This document shows, piece after piece, positions 58,311 to 64,000 of a stretch of 64,000 nt of DNA. How positions within the stretch are numbered: position 1 is the first letter of the stretch; the number at the start of each line of letters is the position of its first letter. The stretch comes from Acidobacteriota bacterium (GTDB lineage: Bacteria; Acidobacteriota; UBA6911). The notes under the pieces were generated by a model. It was given only the letters and a program-made list of their open reading frames with translations. It searched no databases and was not told the origin of the DNA. The stretch covers positions 2,176,001 to 2,240,000 of the forward strand of contig OY761556.1 in the NCBI GenBank assembly GCA_963664705.1, given 5' to 3'. Made by a program: the position numbers and the translations under genes.

Positions 58311-60059
58311 ATGAAACGAAACGGTGCGCTCATTGCTGCCATTCTCTCGATCACAGTCCTATCGATTGCGGTCCCCAGCCCCTCGCAACAAAGCCCAAAT
58401 ACCTTGATTACAGTCCTGAACCCGGCCGTGGCCAACCGACTCGCCGAAAGGCTTCCCCTGGCCCCGCGCCTGGGCACGCTGCAAAACAAAACCATCTATA
58501 TGGTCGATATCAACTGGGGAGGCCCCGAAGCCGCCCTGAGCATCTTTGAAGAAATGCAGGGATGGTTCGCCAGGAACATGCCCACGGTGAAGACGGTTAT
58601 CCGAATGAAACGGGGCGGATATGAAACCGACGATCCGGCCTTATGGAAGGAAATCAAGGAGAATGGAGGAAGCGCGGTCATTCTCGGCGTTTCCGGCTGA
58701 GATGGTTGTACGTCGGCCTTGAGTCGACATGCCCGAACCCTCGAACAGCAATTCAGGATCCCAACGGTCGGCATCGCGGGAAACAATATTGTCGGCTATG
58801 CCACCGGCTATGATTTTCTATATTCCAACGGATGCCCCATCCGCTACATCGCCCTCCCCTTCCCGGTCGCCGGCCAGCCCAAATCCGTGCACAGGCAATA
58901 TGTCGAAGGCAAGGATCTCGTTTCCGGCAAGCAGACCATGCAAGCGGTCGTGGATGCTTTAACTCTTCCGTTAACGGACAATGAAAAAATCAAAGGCATC
59001 CCGCCCGAAGCCAAGGCCGAGCCGAGATTCCTCCGCCCCGATACAGAGGAAAAACTCCAGCGCCTTTTCAAAGACCAGGGCTGGACAGACTACTATCCTG
59101 TTACCCTTCCCACCGAAAAAAGAGTCGCGCAAATGCTCCGGGCCAGCAGTCATAAGCCCGACGAAGTCGTGAAGGTGGTCACCTGGCCCGGCGGCGCCAG
59201 GCCGTTGACCGTCGAAAAGGCCGCGATCTGCGCCGTTATGGCCGGAGCCAGGCCGGAATATTTCCCAGTGATCCTGGCGCTTGCAACCACCGTGCCCTTT
59301 GGCAATTCCACTACGTCAATGGCAAACATGATTGTGGTTAATGGGCCCATCCGCAATAAAATCGGCATGAATTCCGGCGGCCATGCATTGGGACCCTACA
59401 ACGAAGCCAACTCCATCATCGGGCGCAGTCTTACTTTGATGTCCAAAACCGCCGGCGGCCTTCGCAACCGCATCACCACCTGGAGCTCACTGGGAAATAA
59501 TCTCCAATACAACAATCTCTGCTTTGCCGAAAACGAAGAGGAGCTCCCGGCCGGATGGGACCCTCTTCATGTGGGCATGGGATTCCGCCCGGAAGAGAGC
59601 GTGGTTACGGTGGGAGTCGGCTGGAGCTCCATATCGAGCGTGGGATCGGTTCAGCATCTATATCCCCCGCAAATGCTGATCCGGGATTATATGAAATCCC
59701 TTTCAGCCCAAGGCTCCTCGGCTACGATCCTCATGGATCCTACAGTCGCGGCGCTTCTCAAGAATGCTCACGGATTTCAATCCAAGCAAAGTTTATCTCA
59801 ATGGCTGTCCCAGAATGTGGAGAAGACTGCGGAATCATACTGGGGGAATGCGGTAGTCGCCAGCGTCAGCGCTTCCCTGGCCATGCAGGGCCTGGAACCC
59901 TATGCAACGTGGAAGAACCTTCCTGCGGCGGCGCTGATCAAGCCCTTTAACCAGCCGCAAGGAATACAGGTTGTGGTAGTCGGTGGGAAAACGCAAAGCA
60001 CCTGGTTCGCAACCGATTTCAGGCTCGGCCGCGGCGTTCTCGTCGATAGCTGGAGATAG
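58311..60059 (+). CDS. Exported UGSC-family-like selenoprotein (582 aa, Sec130, U-D-G-C)
   Basis: ORFs 58311-58700 and 58719-60059 are in one frame, separated only by TGA 58698-58700. Read-through gives ILGVSG-U-DGCTS (UxxC). A hairpin follows at 58708-58732. Confidence 0.8.
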
Positions 60060-60148
60060 CAGGCCTTGTGCATCGCAGCCTCGGGGACTAGCTTTGCCTT
60101 CCAATCATCGGCCACTTTTGTCCCCGAAGCTATTCATTGGCAAAGCCT

Positions 60149-60460
60149 CTATTTGGATACCTTGATTGTGGCTTCCTTGGGAAGCGCCAATCCCGATGCA
60201 ACCTCAATGGCTTTGATGATCCCTACCGGGACGGGACAAGCGGCATGAAAACAGTGCTTTTGACCCATCTGGAGCGTCTGCGGAATTGCACGCTTGCAGG
60301 AGATCTCCTGGTAGGGATTCACCTCGGCAAGTTCTTTGGCCAAATTTTGAATAGCCTGGCAATCGCTTGTAATGCTCAGTTTACACACCTTCCCTTCCAT
60401 TGTCGCTTCGACTGTTGCGGTGTGCCCACAAATTCCCGCACTGATTTCCGTCTTGGCCAT
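60149..60460 (-). CDS. Small Cys-containing protein (DUF6951-like)
   Basis: AGICG, ITSDC and HAACPVPVGIIKAIEVA.GLALP motifs. Confidence 0.7.
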   Translation of the reverse strand: MAKTEISAGICGHTATVEATMEGKVCKLSITSDCQAIQNLAKELAEVNPYQEISCKRAIPQTLQMGQKHCFHAACPVPVGIIKAIEVASGLALPKEATIKVSK

Positions 60461-60683
60461 GCCTTTCCCTCCATACACGCAAGCGTCTTTGTTACCCCTG
60501 TAATAGTCTGTTTTCATTATACAGGCATTTCCCTCGCCCGGAGCTTTTATCTTGCACGGAAAGGAATGCCGGCGCTTCCAGCAGATCCTCAATCAAACAA
60601 ATTTCTTTTCCGGTAGGCGATTTCCCGCCATTTGCGTTCTTGGTTAATGGAGCACTCATGCAACGCAGAGAAGGGAGATCCCG

Positions 60684-61115
60684 GTGTCTGATGCACTGAT
60701 AACGTCCACATTGCAGGCCCAAACAATCAGGCAGACCTTCAGCAACGTAATAGCGGGCCGCCGAAAACAGCTCACTCTTGATGGCATCGATGCGCTTCCA
60801 CAACTTCCCGGGTTCCGCATCCGTTCCCATGATCCCTACGGCCCCCTGCCCGAAATTCAAATCAGGGACACGGGAGATCGGGAGCCTATTTTGAATGCGG
60901 TCAAACAGGAGGCGGCGCGGCTGTGTGCCATTGTATGGATTCGAGATGATATCGCGACCCTTTTCCCGGGATGCCGATTTCTCCTGCCCACCAAAACAGA
61001 TGAAGGCCCCCTTGTAGGAATGAGATTTGCAGGAATCACCGTTCTGGCAGAGCATAAAAATTGCTGGGAGGCGTATCACAAACTGCTCGACGCCGCAGTG
61101 GATAGGATTTTGTGA
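60684..61115 (+). CDS. Hypothetical protein
   Basis: GGGAG RBS with GTG start; protein-like composition. Confidence 0.55.
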   Translation: MSDALITSTLQAQTIRQTFSNVIAGRRKQLTLDGIDALPQLPGFRIRSHDPYGPLPEIQIRDTGDREPILNAVKQEAARLCAIVWIRDDIATLFPGCRFLLPTKTDEGPLVGMRFAGITVLAEHKNCWEAYHKLLDAAVDRIL

Positions 61116-61233
61116 CCCTCCGAATTGAACTGCGAATTTCAAACCCACGTGTGTCAAAAATGTAAATCGCAGGCGGCGTGCTTGGACTATACTAGAAGCG
61201 TGTCCGAGGATTAGGACACGTTCCCGGACCGCT

Positions 61234-62511
61234 ATGCGACAATCAGATAATGGTGATCCATCCAGGCGAAGGGCTATCCTCCGGATCTCGATTACGGACA
61301 TGATTGGCCTGCGCGTCCGCACAAAAGACGCCGGCAAAACCCCGCCGGAGTTCCTCTATCAATCACTGCCTGAACGCGGAATGTCCCTGCTGGCATCCAT
61401 TCCATTGGGAACCGCCACCATTTCCATTCCGCAGCAGCATGGCTGCTACCCGATCTCCAGATCCCTGCCTGCACCCGGAAATGGGCTAGTCATTACCTAT
61501 GCCCGCCGGGAAAATGGACGATATGAAGCTGCCGCGGTTCTGCACGGCACGGAATCCTATGCTATCGATGAATTCCACTCCAAAGCCTGCCGTTGGGTGG
61601 AAGAGCATGCCGGCAACCTTCAAACACTTCCCGGCCGCTTCGTCTATTGCTCGCCCTCGATTGAGGAATGGGGAGTCATCCTGCGGGACGGCGGATTCGC
61701 CGTCTATGACCCTTCGTTTATGCGATTCGACCTCACTGCGGAGATAATTCAAGGGCGATGCATGCCTGGCGCCAGCGGCGTAATCATGCGATTGCCGGCA
61801 TGCCCGGAAACTCTCTCGGGCACAGGGGACTCTCTGCCCGCTTTTACACCGGTCGAACTCACCATGGATCCTCAGCCGGATCCTGCCGGGGCATGGATGA
61901 GCTTTGCTGAATGCCAGCGATTGAGGGCGCTCCAGTCCCGTCCTCCGGAGAAAATAATCCGCCCGCTGAAGGAATGGATCCAGACGCTCACCAATGAAGC
62001 CGGCTTAAAGAGCTGGACTTTTTGCAAAGGCATGTTCTTCGGAGATCACGCGGAGTGGTGGGGCGAAGGAAATCGGCGACGCACCATGCATGAGGGCATT
62101 GATTTTACGCAGGGGCAACTGCAGGACGGCTCCCGGCGAAGTATCCCGGAAGGAACACCGGTCCGGTCCATTGCTCCCGGAGAGCTTATTACAGTTCTCG
62201 ATGACTTCCTGAACAAGACGCTGGTCGTGCGGCATCCGGATATCCGCGACGAAGCCGACAACGTTTTGCACACACTTCTCAGCCATATCCAACCGGTGGA
62301 GACGTTGGCTCCGGGACCGGTTGCCCGGGGACAGCTGCTTGGACATGTCCTGAGGTCAAAAAACGTTGGAGCCCCTCCGCACCTTCATCTGTCAGGCGCA
62401 TGGATTCCGGAGTCCATTTCAGCAAACAGCATCACGATGGACATGATCAACGCGGCATTCATGCCCATCGTGCTGATCAACTTCAACTGCCTTCTGGATG
62501 CAGGGAAATAG
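61234..62511 (+). CDS. Protein with a C-terminal M23-peptidase-like domain
   Basis: HEGIDF, GTPVRSIAPG and PHLHLS motifs (HxxxD/HxH). Start probably ~61381. Confidence 0.65.
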   Translation: MRQSDNGDPSRRRAILRISITDMIGLRVRTKDAGKTPPEFLYQSLPERGMSLLASIPLGTATISIPQQHGCYPISRSLPAPGNGLVITYARRENGRYEAAAVLHGTESYAIDEFHSKACRWVEEHAGNLQTLPGRFVYCSPSIEEWGVILRDGGFAVYDPSFMRFDLTAEIIQGRCMPGASGVIMRLPACPETLSGTGDSLPAFTPVELTMDPQPDPAGAWMSFAECQRLRALQSRPPEKIIRPLKEWIQTLTNEAGLKSWTFCKGMFFGDHAEWWGEGNRRRTMHEGIDFTQGQLQDGSRRSIPEGTPVRSIAPGELITVLDDFLNKTLVVRHPDIRDEADNVLHTLLSHIQPVETLAPGPVARGQLLGHVLRSKNVGAPPHLHLSGAWIPESISANSITMDMINAAFMPIVLINFNCLLDAGK

Positions 62512-62589
62512 CAGGCACCGTTTGAAGCCTTCCAGGGATTCGCGTTTTGAAATCGGCCACGATTCCCGGGATTTCGAAGGAGAGACACG

Positions 62590-62979
62590 ATGCAATCCTT
62601 GTCCATACGAACTCAGAAGCATACGCAGTTTCTCGATATTACGAGCCAGGTTCAGGCTGCCGTCGCAGGCAGCGGGATGAAGGACGGAGTCATCACGGTC
62701 TTTATCCCTCACACGACGGCTGGAATTACCATCAATGAAAATGCCGATCCGGATGTCGTTTCCGATATGGCGGAAGCACTGGGAAACGCCATCCCCTGGG
62801 AGGCCGGATACCGGCATTCCGAGGGCAATTCCGCGGCGCATGTCAAAGCAAGCCTCATGGGATCCTCGGTTCAGGTTATCGTCGAAGCCGGCATTTTACG
62901 ACTTGGGACCTGGCAGGCTATCTATTTTTGTGAATTTGACGGACCGAGATTGCGCAATGTCTGGGTTCAGGGTGGATAA
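62590..62979 (+). CDS. yjbQ: YjbQ/UPF0047 family protein
   Basis: PHTTAGITINENADPDV, HSEGNSAAHVK and LGTWQAIYFCEFDGPR motifs. Confidence 0.93.
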   Translation: MQSLSIRTQKHTQFLDITSQVQAAVAGSGMKDGVITVFIPHTTAGITINENADPDVVSDMAEALGNAIPWEAGYRHSEGNSAAHVKASLMGSSVQVIVEAGILRLGTWQAIYFCEFDGPRLRNVWVQGG

Positions 62980-63078
62980 TATCGATCAATGTATTGCGGA
63001 TTACGCGCCGACGTTGATACGATAGGCTGCAATAATATAACTCGCACTCAATGATGTTTTACCAGGAGGTTATGACAC

Positions 63079-64000
63079 ATGGCCGGGATTTTTGGCTCTG
63101 TTTCCAAAAAAGGAAGCTGTACGCAGGCGCTTTATTATGGGATCGATTACCACTGCCACCTCGGAACGGATTACGCAGGCATGGCGGTGTTTGGAGATAA
63201 AGGGATCGAGCGAAAGATCCATGACATTCGCGGGGAAAATTTCAGACCCAAGTTCCAGCAGGATTATGCGCGGATGAGCGGCAAGTACGGCATCGGCGTG
63301 ATCGGCTACGACATTCAACCCGTCGTGTTTTCATCGCGCCATGGCCTGTTCTCCATTGTGATGAACGGCAATATTGCGAATCTGTCGGAAATAGTCACCA
63401 CGCTGCAGAACCAAGGCTCCAACTTTGCGGAAGTCCAGCCCGATTCCAGCATCAGCCCGGCAGAGGTCGTGGCTGAATTGATCAGCAAAGCCGAGAACCT
63501 GGAGGCCGGCATTCAATCCGTCTTCAGCCATATCCGCGGGTCGGCATCCATACTGGTCCTGACCAAAGACGGCATCTATGCCGCACGCGATCTCTACGGT
63601 CATTCAGCTCTGGTGATAGGAGAAAGCGAAGAGGGCTTTGCGGTGACCACGGAAACGACCGCCTTCCCCAACCTTGGGTTTGCCCCGATTGCCGAGCTTC
63701 TGCCCGGAGAAATCGTAAAGATCAATGAGCAGGGGATCGAGAAAAGGCACGAAGGAGATCGCGAAAAAGCGAGAACATGCGCCTTCCTCTGGGTGTACAC
63801 CAGTTTCCCCGCAACATCTATCGAGGGCATCAACGTGGAAGGAGCCCGCTACCGGAGCGGCTCGCTTCTGGCCAGGCGCGATAAGGCTGCCGGATTTACG
63901 GCCGATATTGTCGCCGGAGTTCCGGACAGCGGAGTCGGGCACGCGATAGGATATGCCAACGAGTCGGGAATCCCTTATGCCAGGCCAATCGTCAAATACA
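63079..64000 (+). CDS. purF: Amidophosphoribosyltransferase-like protein (runs off the window end)
   Basis: Not in the ORF track. Reads MAGIFGSVS..YHCHLGT..NGNIAN..ARDLYG..CAFLWVY..VAGVPDSG.GHAIGYA; AGGAGG RBS. Confidence 0.85.
   Translation, partial: MAGIFGSVSKKGSCTQALYYGIDYHCHLGTDYAGMAVFGDKGIERKIHDIRGENFRPKFQQDYARMSGKYGIGVIGYDIQPVVFSSRHGLFSIVMNGNIANLSEIVTTLQNQGSNFAEVQPDSSISPAEVVAELISKAENLEAGIQSVFSHIRGSASILVLTKDGIYAARDLYGHSALVIGESEEGFAVTTETTAFPNLGFAPIAELLPGEIVKINEQGIEKRHEGDREKARTCAFLWVYTSFPATSIEGINVEGARYRSGSLLARRDKAAGFTADIVAGVPDSGVGHAIGYANESGIPYARPIVKY

Overview
This is a bacterial chromosomal window. The secretin, PEP-CTERM proteins, KorAB and REP-like repeats suggest a diderm, possibly anaerobic, Acidobacteriota-like organism (inference). 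Region 1-23.3 kb is a surface-structure island: three GT-C-fold membrane glycosyltransferase-like genes, a two-component system, a repeat protein and a Tad/Flp pilus locus. The locus has two flp pilins, cpaB-cpaC-cpaE-cpaF-tadB-tadC, an accessory block (30-aa peptide, DUF192, GlsB, AAA ATPase), a convergent tadE-tadE-tadG unit and a frameshifted FkbM methyltransferase. Region 23.7-51.5 kb is mostly housekeeping: vapBC, an IorAB-type molybdoenzyme, prmA, a NYN nuclease, a Cys/Met PLP lyase with korAB, yajQ, UPF0182, panB-panE-panC-coaX, tdh and tRNA-Asn. Region 51.5-64 kb holds a GT-C gene, a beta-propeller protein, two sigma54-driven PEP-CTERM genes from a tandem duplication, yjbQ and a partial purF-like gene. 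Four signals not evident from the ORF track stand out. (1) An exported UGSC-type selenoprotein is split at an in-frame UGA (U-D-G-C, 58311-60059). (2) A ~185-nt structured ncRNA with its own promoter lies at 29025-28841, divergent from the NYN RNase gene. (3) A complete DDE insertion sequence carries a HARE-HTH passenger gene and has inserted into a REP hairpin with a 13-bp palindromic target duplication. (4) The Tad island may encode a Flp-pilin glycosylation system. All family assignments come from motif recognition by eye; no database searches were run.
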